Positions 44,965 through 54,457 of a stretch of DNA of 64,000 nucleotides are shown one piece after another. The stretch is from Candidatus Allofournierella excrementavium (GTDB lineage Bacteria > Bacillota > Clostridia > Oscillospirales > Ruminococcaceae). The notes beneath the pieces are model-generated. The model saw only the letters and a list, made by a program, of their open reading frames with translations, had not been told where the DNA came from and made no database searches. Within the stretch, counting starts at the first letter, position 1; the number at the start of each line of letters is the position of its first letter. The stretch lies in assembly GCA_019120375.1 (NCBI GenBank), contig DWVE01000028.1, positions 9,209 to 73,208 on the forward strand. Direction: 5' to 3'. Position numbers and translations under genes: made by a program.

Positions 44965-46969
44965 TCATTCATACATGACCCGGCTCATCAGCTCCTGCTG
45001 GATGTCCGGCTCCAGGTTGACGAACACCGCCGAGAAGCCGCTGACCCGCACGATGAGGTCTGGGTAGCGCTCGGGATGGGCCACCGCGTCCTCCAGAACG
45101 CCGTGGTCAATGACGGTGACCATCAGATGGCAGCCGCCCCGGGCGAAGTAGGTCTTGAACATGGCCTTGATCTTCTCCCGGTTCTCCCGGAAGAAGGGGG
45201 TGGCGAACTTGATGTTCTGCACCGACGCGCCGTGCAGGCGGGCGTCGAACTTGGCCAGCGAGTTGAGCATGGCGGTGGGGCCGTGGGTGTTGGCGCCGCC
45301 CTGGGGGTTGTTGGCGGGGTTCATGTACTGGCCCGCGTGGCGGCCGTCCAGCGAGGCGGCGGTGCGGCGGCCCCACTCGGTGTTCAGCTGGTTGTTGCTG
45401 ATGACGATGAGGTAATACTGCATGCCCGCGGCGATGCCCCGGTCCCGCACGCCGTTTGCCACGAACTGATACAGCCGGTCGGCCATGCCGTCGGCGGTGT
45501 CCAGGTCGTTGCCGTACTTGTCGCACTTCCACAGGGCGGTGCGGATGTCCTCCGCGCCGGCGAAGTCGGCGTTGGCCGCGGCCACCAGCTGGGGCAGGGT
45601 GTACTTCTTCTGGTCGTACACCAGGTCCTTGATGGCCCACAGGGCATCGGAGGTGTTGATGTTGCCGTAGGTCTCGTTGGTGCCGCCCAGATAGCGCACG
45701 CCGCCGTCCAGCACGGCCTTGCCCCGGGCGATGCAGTCGTCCATCAGCAGGCTGGTGAACAAGAAGCTCACCTGACGGCGCATGACCTCGTAGGAGTGGA
45801 CCTGGGCGTGGATGGAAAGGTCAAGGTAGTGGTCCAAAAGGCGGGTGTACTGCGCCCACAGCTCCTCGAAGGTGTGCAGTTCGCTGGCCGGGGCCAGGGG
45901 CACGCCGTCGCTCTTGTCCTTGCCGTCCATGGGGTCGATGCCCTCGTTGAGGGCAATCTCCAGCAGCTTGAGCAGGTTGATGCAGGTGTTGGGGGTGCCG
46001 GTGCTCTGGCCGGCGATGACGTACTCGCCGCAGCCGAAGGGCACATACTGCTCGGCGGTCTTTTCGTCCACCCGCATGGCGTAGGCCACGGCGGGCACGT
46101 TCACGTCGTCGTTGTAAAAGGTGGGATAGGTGGCTCCCCGGCCCAGCGCCTCCAGGGCGGAATCCCAGATCTCCTCCGGCATGTCCTTGGTGACGCGCAG
46201 GGTGAACTGAGGCTCCACATAGCGCAGCTCGGTGGCCGCCCGCATGGCAAGGCGCAGGAACACGTCCGCCTCGCGGGGGTGTTTGCGGCCGCGGCCGCCC
46301 ACAATGATGCGCCCGTTGACGGTGGTGCGGCGGTTCTCGATCATCCGCCACAGGCACTTGACGTACTCATAGGCCTCGTCCTCGGTGAGGCGGCCCGCTT
46401 CCAGGTCCGCCGCGAGGTAGGGCCCCAACAGGTCGTCCAGGCGGCCGTAGTTGATGACGCCCGCCATCAGCGCGTAGAGCCAGAACAGCTGCAACGCCTC
46501 CGGGAAGGTCCTGGGCGCGCCGTGCTGGATGTTGGCCAGCACCGCTCACGTCGTCGATCAGCACCTCGTTGCAGTAGATGGTCTTGCAGTCATGGTCCAG
46601 CCAGTACTGATACAGCGCGTCCAGCTGCTGCTTTTCTGCCTCGGTGGGCAGGGTCTCCCGCATGGCCTTCAGCTTGCCGAACACGCAGTAGTGCCCCACG
46701 CCGCCCAGAGAGGTGACGCAGCCGAAGCCGATGGGCAGAAAGTCCAGCCGGCCCAGGAACAGGTCGCCCGGCTCCATCCGGCGCAGCAGCGCGGGATACA
46801 GCACCCGCAGGCAGCGCACTTCCCGCTCTTCCTTGCTCAGGTCCGCGCAGGCGCGGTGGGTGTCGGTGTACCGTTGCATGAGCGCCAGCTGTTCGCTGGG
46901 AGACATCTGGGGAGGCAGCTTTTTGCTGACTTCCACATTTTGAATGCCGTCCACATTGAATTTTGCCAT
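44965..46969 (-). pseudogene. glycyl radical enzyme (PFL2/eliminase-like), reading frame broken by a 1-nt frameshift near 46538-46550
   Basis: The N-frame ORF 46367-46969 is meaningful for about 141 aa, up to LIDDVSG. The C-frame ORF 44965-46542 (525 aa) carries TFPEALQLFW, GCGE (Cys loop) and the C-terminal RVSGFSAVF glycyl-radical motif. Joined length is about 666 aa. Confidence 0.75.
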
Positions 46970-46998
46970 GTCGGTCCCCTTCTTTTATCTAAGGATGC

Positions 46999-47757
46999 TT
47001 ACTTTTTCTGGTGTTTGCTCTTTTCGGCGTTGCGCCAGTTGTTCTGATAGCCGCTCATCAGGTCCACAAAGCGCTTGGCGGTCAGGTGCGGGCGGGTGAT
47101 GGCGCTGCCCACCACCACGCTGTGGGCGCCCAGGTACAGGCACTTGATGGCGTCCTCGGGCGAATAGATGTGGCCCTCCATCACAAAGTATGCCTCGTCG
47201 CCCATGTCGCGGCACATGCGGGCAAACTCGCGCAGGTCGGGATACTCGATGGAGGCAGTCTCCTTGGTGTAGCCGTAGAGGGTGGGGCCCACGATGTCCG
47301 CGCCCAGCTCCACCGCGCGCTTGGCCTCGTTGTAGTTGGAGACGTCGGCGAAGATCATCGCCTCGGGGATCTCCTTCTTCACGATGGGCAGCAGCTCCCA
47401 GGCGGGACGGCCCTCGCGGGTGATCTGGTCGGTGCAGTCCAGCGCGATGATCTCGGCGCCGGCCTCCCACACCTCGCGGGCGGCCTCCAGGGTGGGGGTG
47501 ATGAACACGTCGGTGTCGTCGTGCCAAATTTTGTAAAGGCCGATTATGGGAAGGTCCACCTTCTCCTTAATGGCGCGGATCTGCTCGGGAGAGTTGGCGC
47601 GGATGCCCACGGCGCCGGCCCAGCGGGCGCCCTCGGCCATTTTCACCACCATGTCGTCGGTGTAGATGGGATCGTCCCACTGGACCTGGCAGGACACGAT
47701 GAGGCCGTTTTTGAAGCTTTCGAGGATGGCGCGCTTTTTCGGATCCTGGGTTTTCAT
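46999..47757 (-). CDS. nanE: N-acetylmannosamine-6-phosphate 2-epimerase-like (NanE family)
   Basis: 252 aa. GLIVSCQ, GAVGIRAN, VDLPIIGLYK, IALDCT, GPTLYGYT, VVVGSAITRP. Confidence 0.85.
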   Translation of the reverse strand: MKTQDPKKRAILESFKNGLIVSCQVQWDDPIYTDDMVVKMAEGARWAGAVGIRANSPEQIRAIKEKVDLPIIGLYKIWHDDTDVFITPTLEAAREVWEAGAEIIALDCTDQITREGRPAWELLPIVKKEIPEAMIFADVSNYNEAKRAVELGADIVGPTLYGYTKETASIEYPDLREFARMCRDMGDEAYFVMEGHIYSPEDAIKCLYLGAHSVVVGSAITRPHLTAKRFVDLMSGYQNNWRNAEKSKHQKK

Positions 47758-47853
47758 GATTCCTTCCTTTCCCCACCCCGCCGGGCGAAAAGCCGCCGTT
47801 CCGGCCGCGGTGCGCCGTACTTATGGGGCGAGCCCCTGCGCTGCCGCGGATGC

Positions 47854-47915
47854 AAAAAAATGCAAACCGCCGCGCCCTTGTTTCCATAACAATTACAGCG
47901 CAAGCGGTTTGCATT
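47854..47915 (-). terminator. intrinsic terminator after the DeoR gene
   Basis: 12-bp perfect arms AATGCAAACCGC (47859-47870) / GCGGTTTGCATT (47904-47915), with extra GCGC pairs inside, followed on the minus strand by T7. Confidence 0.65.
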
Positions 47916-47951
47916 TTCAATACTATTCTTTTCAAAACTGAACATTTTTGT

Positions 47952-48713
47952 TCATTTTTGAACGAGCGCAAAATTCCCCGGAAGGTCCATGGGCTGCTGG
48001 GGACGGGTGCAGTACACCTGATCGAAGGCTGCCAGGTCGGCAAATCCGTAGAAGCCCCGTTTCTCCAGTTTGGAGTCGTCCAGCAGCAGGTAGCGGTGCA
48101 CGGCGTTCTCCATGCCGATGAGCTTGATGTTGGTGCTGGCCATGTCCAGGTCGTAGCACTTGCCCTCGGTGAGGGACACGCCATAGCAGCCGATGAAGGC
48201 GTGCTCAAAGCGGAAGCTGCGCAGCATCTGCTCGGCCATGGTGCCGGTGAAGATGCTGTGGTGGGGGTCGTAGGAGCCGCCCAGCATCACCAGCTCGGCC
48301 TTGGGCATCTTCCCCTGGCTCAGCAGCAGGGTGCTGTAGGTGACGATGCGCACCTTGCGCCGCATCAGGATGGCACCCAGCGGCGCGATGGAGGTGCCGC
48401 AGTCCAGAAAAACGGTGTCGCCGTCCTGCACGTTTTTCGCCGCTTCGGCGGCCACGGCCAGCTTTTCGGCATGGTTGATCTGCATTTTGCTGCGCATGGC
48501 CAGCTCGCTCATGTCGCCGCTTTCCTCGCCGCCGCCGTTGCTGGTGGCGCCGCCCTGGACGCGGGTCAGCTTGCCCGCCCGCTCCAGCTTTTCCAGGTCG
48601 CGGCGGATGGTGGCTTCCGAGGTGCCAAGCTCCACTGCCACCTCTTTCAGGTTGATAACGCCTCGTTCATGGATCGCGCGCAGGATATACAGGCTGCGTT
48701 CCGATGCGATCAT
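47952..48713 (-). CDS. DeoR family transcriptional regulator
   Basis: Start trimmed to MIASERSLYILRAI (ATG is the complement of 48711-48713). 253 aa. HTH (LKEVAVELGTSEATIRRDLEKLE) and a DeoR C-terminal sensor domain. Confidence 0.88.
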   Translation of the reverse strand: MIASERSLYILRAIHERGVINLKEVAVELGTSEATIRRDLEKLERAGKLTRVQGGATSNGGGEESGDMSELAMRSKMQINHAEKLAVAAEAAKNVQDGDTVFLDCGTSIAPLGAILMRRKVRIVTYSTLLLSQGKMPKAELVMLGGSYDPHHSIFTGTMAEQMLRSFRFEHAFIGCYGVSLTEGKCYDLDMASTNIKLIGMENAVHRYLLLDDSKLEKRGFYGFADLAAFDQVYCTRPQQPMDLPGNFALVQK

Positions 48714-49720
48714 ACAAAATCCCTCGTTTCTTCCGGCCGCGGAGCATGCGGCCGATAATCGATCCCCGCCTGACTGCGGGCTTCGTCCAGGAGCTTCGCG
48801 GCCATCCCGGACCAACGCCGCCAGGGCGCCGGGTCCAGTTCGCCCCGCACCATGGCGATAAAGTCTTCTATCTCATAATACATGTCCTTGTCGCAAATAG
48901 CAAGCCCTATCGTTTTCCATTCCTCGCCCCGTTTTTTCCAGCGTGCCCACCGGGGCGCGCCCACCGGGCCGAACTGGATGGTGCCGTTTTCGCCGGCCAC
49001 CTCGCAGGGGCAGTTGCTCTCGTGTATCTTGCTGTAGGTCAGGCTGGCATTGAAGCCGGGATACCGGGCGGTGAGGTCGCCCATGGCGTCGATGGAGCCG
49101 GGCAGGAAATCGGCGTGGGCGCTGATGGCGCGGGGTTGACCCAGCAGCATGACCAGCATGTGCACGCAGTATACGCCCAGGTCGGTGAGAGCGCCGCCGC
49201 CCATCGTCGGGTCAAAGGCGTTCTCCACGATGCCCGCCTTCCATTTGTCGTAGCGGGAGGAATACTGGCAGTAGGAGAAGGACGCGCCGCGGATGGGTCC
49301 GATCTCTTCCATGGCGCTGCGCAGGGCGGGCACCACCGGGCCGTGGGCGCTGCGCATGGCCTCCAGCAGCACCATGCCGTTGGCCTTGGCCGCCGCTTCC
49401 ATCTGCGTCAGCTGCCCGGCGTCGATGGCCATGGGCTTTTCGCACAGCACGTGCTTGCCCGCCTCCATCATTCGAATGGCCTGCTCGGCATGGCAGACGT
49501 TGGGGCTGGCAATGTACACCGCGTCCACCGTCTCGTCCGCCGCAAGGCTCTCCAGCGTGTGGTGGGCATGGGGCACGCCCCACTCCCGCGCAAGCATCTC
49601 CGCCCGCTCCTTGGTGCGGGAATACACCGCGGTCAGCTCGCAGTCCGGGCAGAGGGCCGCGGCTTCGCGGAACCAGTCCACGATGAAATTGCTGCCGATG
49701 ATGCCAAAACGCACCTTCAT
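48710..49720 (-). CDS. Gfo/Idh/MocA family oxidoreductase
   Basis: Start trimmed to MKVRFGIIGSNFI. 336 aa. EKP motif (VLCEKPM). 4-nt overlap with the DeoR start. Confidence 0.88.
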   Translation of the reverse strand: MKVRFGIIGSNFIVDWFREAAALCPDCELTAVYSRTKERAEMLAREWGVPHAHHTLESLAADETVDAVYIASPNVCHAEQAIRMMEAGKHVLCEKPMAIDAGQLTQMEAAAKANGMVLLEAMRSAHGPVVPALRSAMEEIGPIRGASFSYCQYSSRYDKWKAGIVENAFDPTMGGGALTDLGVYCVHMLVMLLGQPRAISAHADFLPGSIDAMGDLTARYPGFNASLTYSKIHESNCPCEVAGENGTIQFGPVGAPRWARWKKRGEEWKTIGLAICDKDMYYEIEDFIAMVRGELDPAPWRRWSGMAAKLLDEARSQAGIDYRPHAPRPEETRDFV

Positions 49721-49794
49721 CTTGATTCCCCTCTCTTTTGCGAAAAAGGCCCCCACAAGAGTGCTGTGGGGGTCTTTGCTTGCAGATGCCGGCG

Positions 49795-50745
49795 TTACGC
49801 GCCCAGCAGCGCGGCGCCGATGATGCCCGCGTCGTTGCCCAGGGTGGCCTTGAGGATCGCGGGCGGGTCCATCAGGTCGGAGGCATACACCGTCTCGCTC
49901 ACGCGGCGGCGCACCGGGCCCAGGAGGTATTCGCCCTCGTTGCTCAGGCCTCCGCCCAGGATGACCACGGTGGGCCGGAAGGCGGTGACCAGACTGCCGA
50001 TGCCCGCGGCCAGATATTCCACATAGTTGTGGACCACCTGCAGCGCGGCTTCGTCGCCCTGTTTGGCGGCGTCAAAAGCGGTGCGCCCGTTGACGCGGCT
50101 CATGTTGCCGCCGCACATCTCGCACATCAGGCTGGTGGGGCAGGCGGCCATCATCTCGATGGTCTCGCGGATGAGGGCCGTTACCGAGGCGTAGGCTTCC
50201 AGGCAGCCCTTGCGGCCGCAGGTGCACTGCACGCCGTTGTAGACCAGGATGGAGTGGCCGGGCTCGCAGCCGTAGCCGTTGCCGCCCAGGTAGATCTTTT
50301 TGTTCATCACGAAGCTGCCGCCCACGCCGGTGCCGAGGGTCAGCATCAGCACGTTTTCATAGTCCTTCGCGGCGCCCGCGATGGACTCCGCCAGGGCGGC
50401 ACAGTCGGCGTCGTTGGCGATGTGCACCGGGATGTCCCAGTGCTTTTTGAACTCGTCCGCAAGGTCGGCCTTCTTCCAGCCGAGGTTGTTGGCGAACACG
50501 ATGCGCTGGGTGCCGGGCTCGATGGTGCTGGGCGCTCCGATGCCCACATACTCGATGTCCTTCTCCGTCAGGCCGGCCTGTGCCACCACCGCGCGGGCGG
50601 CGGCGGCGATGTCGAGCACCACCGTCTCGAAGGGACGGGCGCCCTTGGTGGGCACGCTGTGGCGGGCCACGAACTGATAGTTCTCATCGATGACGCCGGT
50701 GGCGATGTTGGTACCGCCGAGGTCGATGCCGAGGTAATGCTTCAT
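49795..50745 (-). CDS. glk: ROK family sugar kinase (glucokinase-like)
   Basis: Start trimmed to MKHYLGIDLGGTNI. 316 aa. ANDADCAALAE, LGTGVGG, zinc motif C.CGRKGCLE. Confidence 0.88.
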   Translation of the reverse strand: MKHYLGIDLGGTNIATGVIDENYQFVARHSVPTKGARPFETVVLDIAAAARAVVAQAGLTEKDIEYVGIGAPSTIEPGTQRIVFANNLGWKKADLADEFKKHWDIPVHIANDADCAALAESIAGAAKDYENVLMLTLGTGVGGSFVMNKKIYLGGNGYGCEPGHSILVYNGVQCTCGRKGCLEAYASVTALIRETIEMMAACPTSLMCEMCGGNMSRVNGRTAFDAAKQGDEAALQVVHNYVEYLAAGIGSLVTAFRPTVVILGGGLSNEGEYLLGPVRRRVSETVYASDLMDPPAILKATLGNDAGIIGAALLGA

Positions 50746-50910
50746 AAATGTTCCTGCCTCTCGTTGCGTTGTTTCCTGTATGTTTTCGCCTTTCCGAAGG
50801 GGGCTTTGCGCCCGCTGCATCCATTTTTGGGCCGTTTTTTGCCCTTCCCGGGCGGCAAAAATGCGCCGCTCGAACCGTTTATCCGGCGGCCTTAAAAATC
50901 CCTGGTACTA

Positions 50911-50938
50911 ATTATACAATAACCGTGTGCAACGTCAA
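50911..50938 (-). promoter_or_regulatory. promoter TTGACG-N16-TATAAT for the ROK kinase gene
   Basis: -35 is the complement of 50933-50938 and -10 the complement of 50911-50916. It leaves a structured leader of about 160 nt. Confidence 0.55.
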
Positions 50939-51024
50939 CGCATTGCCGCCAAGTTTGCATCAAAACGCAGGAGTGTTAAAAATCTTTGCGCAACCCCCAG
51001 TTTATGATATCTTTTGCAAAATCT

Positions 51025-51058
51025 GAAAAGCCTCTGCGCATTTGCGCAGAGGCTTTTC
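51025..51058 (-). terminator. intrinsic terminator after manA
   Basis: Perfect stem GAAAAGCCTCTGCGCA / TGCGCAGAGGCTTTTC. Confidence 0.8.
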
Positions 51059-51064
51059 AGAGGG

Positions 51065-52000
51065 TCAGTTCCGTGGGGCAGGCACGCGGCACACCAGCGC
51101 CGAGGCGCTGCCGGTCAGCTTCCAATCGCCGCTGCCGGCGGGCAAAAAGAGGCTGTCGCCCTTGCGAACGGCCATCTCCTCGCCGCCGCAGGAAAGGACG
51201 CCTTCCCCGTCGGTGATGAGCAGGCTGGTGAAGGAGCTGTCGTCGCACATGCCTTCGGCACTGCCCCGCACCGCGTCCGCCACAAAGTACTGGCAGGCCG
51301 CCAGATGCCCGTCGAAGTCCTGGGGCTGGGGCGGCACGCACTGGGTCACTTCCAGCGCCTGGGCCACGTGCAGCTGCCGGGGCTTGCCGTCCGCGCCCAG
51401 GCGGCCGTAGTCGCAGACCCGGTAGGTCACGTTGGAGTTCTGCTGAATTTCGGCAATGACAATGCCTTTGCAGATGGCATGCAGCGTGCCCGCCGGGATG
51501 AAGAACACATCCCCCTTCTTCACCGGGGCGGCATTCAGCACCTCGGTGAGGGTGTTGTTCTCGATGCGCTCTTTGTATTCCTCTTTGGTGATGGGGTGTT
51601 TGAAGCCGTAGTAAAGGAAGGCGTTCGGCTCCGCCTCCAGCACTTACCACATCTCGGTCTTGCCGTACTGCCCTTCATGCTCCAGGGCGTAGGCGTTGTC
51701 CGGGTGCACCTGGATGGACAGGTCCCCTTTTGCGTCGATGAATTTGGTGAGGATGGGGAAATCCTCGAACCGGGCGCAGTTTTTGCCCAGCACTCCCCTG
51801 CCGTGCTTTTCAATGTACTGGGGCAGGGTCAGGCCTGCGTCGGGGCCGTTTTCCACCACGCTGGGGCCGTCCGGGTGGCAGGAGAGCACCCAGGCTTCCT
51901 CCAGCGGGTCGAGGTCCGAGGAGATGTTGTACTCCTCCCGCAGCTTGCTGCCGCCCCAAAGATAGTCCTTGCAGGCGGGCTTCAGCTTCAGAATGGGCAT
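51065..52000 (-). pseudogene. manA: mannose-6-phosphate isomerase, class I, interrupted by an in-frame TAA
   Basis: Track ORFs 51644-52000 (ending ...GKTEMW) and 51065-51643 (VLEAEPNAF...) are in the same frame, separated only by a TAA (complement of 51644-51646). Cupin motifs SIQVHP and AGTLHAI are present. Confidence 0.8.
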
Positions 52001-52083
52001 GGGGCATCGCTCCTTTTCCGTCGTTGGTTTTTCTGCCCCCTATTGTAGCACACCGCCGCCCGAAATCAATCCCGGCCCCAAAA

Positions 52084-52461
52084 TCACTCGGCGGGGATGG
52101 TGCGCACCCCGAAGGTGAAATAGAGGATGTGGAACACCCACACCGCCCCCAGGATGATGCGCCCGACGAACACGGCGTGCATCATGGCAAAACCCACCGC
52201 CATGAGCAGGGTCACGGTGACCATGATGCGTATCTTGGTCCTGCGGGTCATGCCTTTGCCCGCCACATAGTCCGCCAGATTCTCGCGGTAAAGGCGGGTG
52301 TTTTTGAACCAGGCGTTCAGCTTTTCGCTGCTTTTGCCAAAGCCGAAGGCCGCCAACAAAAGGAAGGGGAAGGCGGGCAGCAGGGGCAGCACCGCGCCCA
52401 CGGCGCCCAGCGCCAGGCCCAAAAAGCCCAGGGTGAGATACATCGCTTTTTTCAGTTTCAT
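52084..52461 (-). CDS. YbaN (DUF454) family inner membrane protein
   Basis: 125 aa from MKLKKAMYL (AGGAG RBS). Contains LGAVGAVLPLLPAFPFLLLAAFGFGKSS. Start overlaps the upstream stop (TGATG). Confidence 0.8.
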   Translation of the reverse strand: MKLKKAMYLTLGFLGLALGAVGAVLPLLPAFPFLLLAAFGFGKSSEKLNAWFKNTRLYRENLADYVAGKGMTRRTKIRIMVTVTLLMAVGFAMMHAVFVGRIILGAVWVFHILYFTFGVRTIPAE

Positions 52462-52796
52462 CAAACACTCTCCTGTTGTTTTTTCTCCCGGTGGCTCTCG
52501 ATGAGATGCCGCACCGCCAGCACCGGGTGGACCAGCAGCATCCGCGGGCCGGAAAACCGCATCACTTCCCGTATTTTCCGGCGCATCTCGGGGCAGTAGC
52601 AGTGGACCTTGCAGTTGGAGCAGAAGGTCTTGGTCTCCATGAAGGGGCAGCGGTCGCTGCGCTGGCAGGCATAGTCCAGAAGGGCCGCGCACTCGGGGCA
52701 GAGCTCCTTTCGGCCGCCGTGCTTTTTGCGGCAGTAGAGGCGTATCATAGCCTCCACCACCTGCTTTTCCCGACGGCGTTTGCTTTGCAGGTCCAT
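52461..52796 (-). CDS. nitrous-oxide-stimulated-promoter (YgbA) family Cys-rich protein
   Basis: 111 aa. CPECAALLDYA..R...CPF...K.FCSNCKVHCY...MR.KIREVMRFSGPRM matches my recollection of E. coli YgbA. Start overlaps the upstream ABC gene stop (TGATG). Confidence 0.8.
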   Translation of the reverse strand: MDLQSKRRREKQVVEAMIRLYCRKKHGGRKELCPECAALLDYACQRSDRCPFMETKTFCSNCKVHCYCPEMRRKIREVMRFSGPRMLLVHPVLAVRHLIESHREKKQQESV

Positions 52797-54457
52797 CAGC
52801 TCAGCCGCCCCCGCTCCACGCTCACCACCCGGTCGGCGATGCGCAGGGTGCTGCGCCGGTGGCTCACCAGCACCACCGTGCGTCCTGTGCTCTCCTGCCC
52901 CAGCGAGCGCAGGATGACCGCCTCGTTCAGGCTGTCCAGATTGCTGGTGGGCTCATCCAGCAGCAGGAAGGGCGCGCCGTAAAGGAAGGCCCGGGCAAGG
53001 CCCAGCCGCTGGCGCTCGCCGCCGGAGAGGGTCTCGCCCAGCTCGCCCACCGGGGTGTCGTAGCCCTGGGGCAGGCTTTGGATGAAGTCGTGCACCGCGG
53101 TCTTTTTGCAGGCGGCCTCGATTTCCGCATCGGTGGCGTCGGGCTTCGCAATCCGCAGGTTTGCCCGGATGGAATCCCGGAAAAGGTGGGTCTCCTGGGT
53201 GACATAGGCCTCCATGGCCCGCAGGTCGGCGGTGTTCACCTCGTCGATGGGCCGGCCGGAAATTTCCACCTGGCCCTGACGCACCTGCCAGAAGCGCATG
53301 AGCAGCTTGAGCAGGGTGGATTTGCCGCTGCCGCTGCGGCCCGCCACGCCGATGACGCTGTGCTGGGGGATGTCCAGGGAAAGGCCGTCCAGAATGAGCT
53401 CGTCGCCGTAGGAGAAGGTCACGTTTTTCACCTTCGCGCCAAAAAAGCCGGTGGCCGGGCGGCCTTCCACCTCCGCCGTGACGGGGGTTTCCTCCAGAAT
53501 GTCCAGCACCCGGTTGCCGGCGGCAAAGGTGTTCTGCAGCCCCGCGCCCAGGTTGGCCAGGGCCACCACCGGGCCGAAGGAGCTCATCAGCGCCACGGTG
53601 GCCACCGCCGCACCGGCAAACCCCAACCGGCCCGCCATGCACAGCGCCGCTGCCGCGAAGAGCATCGCCAGGTCGAACGCCAGGATGAGGGTGTTGGTGA
53701 CGGCGGCGTTGAAGGCCGCGGTGCGCTTCATCCGCCCTTCGTGGGCCGCCAGCACGGCGGTGCGGCGCTCCATCTCCGCCAGGCGGCACGCCCCCGCGCC
53801 GTACTGCAGAATTTCCGAAAGGCCCCGCAGGCTGTCCAGCACGAAGGCGGACAATTCCCCCGCGCGGCGGCGGAAGTCCATGCCCGCCCCGCCGGCAGCC
53901 CTGCTGGTGGCCAGCGGCACCAGCACCCCCACCGTGAGGTAGGCGGCCAGGGCGATGGCCCCCAGCAGCGGGTGCGCCGCCCCGATGAACGCCGCCATGC
54001 CCGCCGAGAAGAGCAGCGCGATGGCGGCGGGCGAGATGGTGTGGGCATAGAACACCTCCAGCAGCTCGATGTCGCTGGTGATGACCGAGATCAAATCGCC
54101 CTTGTCCCGCCCTTCCAGCTTGGCGGGGGCCAGCCGCCGCAGGGCGGCGAACACCTTGTCCCTCAGAAGGGCCAGCAGCTTGAAGGCGATGAAGTGGTTG
54201 CAGGCCTGCTCGCCGTAGCGCAGCAGCCCCCGGGCCAGGGCCATGGCCGCCGCAGCGGCAAAGAGGGCGGGCAGGGGCAGCGCCCCGCCCAGGCCCAGCA
54301 CCCGCAGCAGGCCGAAGGCCCCGAAGATGGTGATGAAGGAGGCACACAGGTGCCCCGCCAGCCCCATCAGGACGGCCAGCGCCATGTAGCCCGCCAGAGG
54401 TTTTACCAGCCCAATGAGCCGGGCCATCACGGCAAAACCGCTTCGCTCCTTTTTCAT
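52796..54457 (-). CDS. ABC transporter permease/ATP-binding protein (CydC-like half transporter)
   Basis: 553 aa. 6 TM segments plus an NBD with Walker A GRSGSGKST, signature LSGGERQR and Walker B LLLDEPTSNLD. Confidence 0.85.
   Translation of the reverse strand: MKKERSGFAVMARLIGLVKPLAGYMALAVLMGLAGHLCASFITIFGAFGLLRVLGLGGALPLPALFAAAAAMALARGLLRYGEQACNHFIAFKLLALLRDKVFAALRRLAPAKLEGRDKGDLISVITSDIELLEVFYAHTISPAAIALLFSAGMAAFIGAAHPLLGAIALAAYLTVGVLVPLATSRAAGGAGMDFRRRAGELSAFVLDSLRGLSEILQYGAGACRLAEMERRTAVLAAHEGRMKRTAAFNAAVTNTLILAFDLAMLFAAAALCMAGRLGFAGAAVATVALMSSFGPVVALANLGAGLQNTFAAGNRVLDILEETPVTAEVEGRPATGFFGAKVKNVTFSYGDELILDGLSLDIPQHSVIGVAGRSGSGKSTLLKLLMRFWQVRQGQVEISGRPIDEVNTADLRAMEAYVTQETHLFRDSIRANLRIAKPDATDAEIEAACKKTAVHDFIQSLPQGYDTPVGELGETLSGGERQRLGLARAFLYGAPFLLLDEPTSNLDSLNEAVILRSLGQESTGRTVVLVSHRRSTLRIADRVVSVERGRLS

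Noticed and set aside
46535-46550. Programmed ribosomal frameshift in the GRE gene
   Set aside because: There is no slippery X XXY YYZ heptamer, no poly-A/T run, and no obvious downstream stimulatory hairpin at the junction. An indel, real or from assembly, is the simpler explanation.
51644-51646. Recoding (read-through or selenocysteine) at the manA in-frame stop
   Set aside because: The stop is TAA, not TGA. No SECIS-like hairpin follows, and the expected residue is Tyr, one substitution away. A nonsense mutation or base-call error is simpler.
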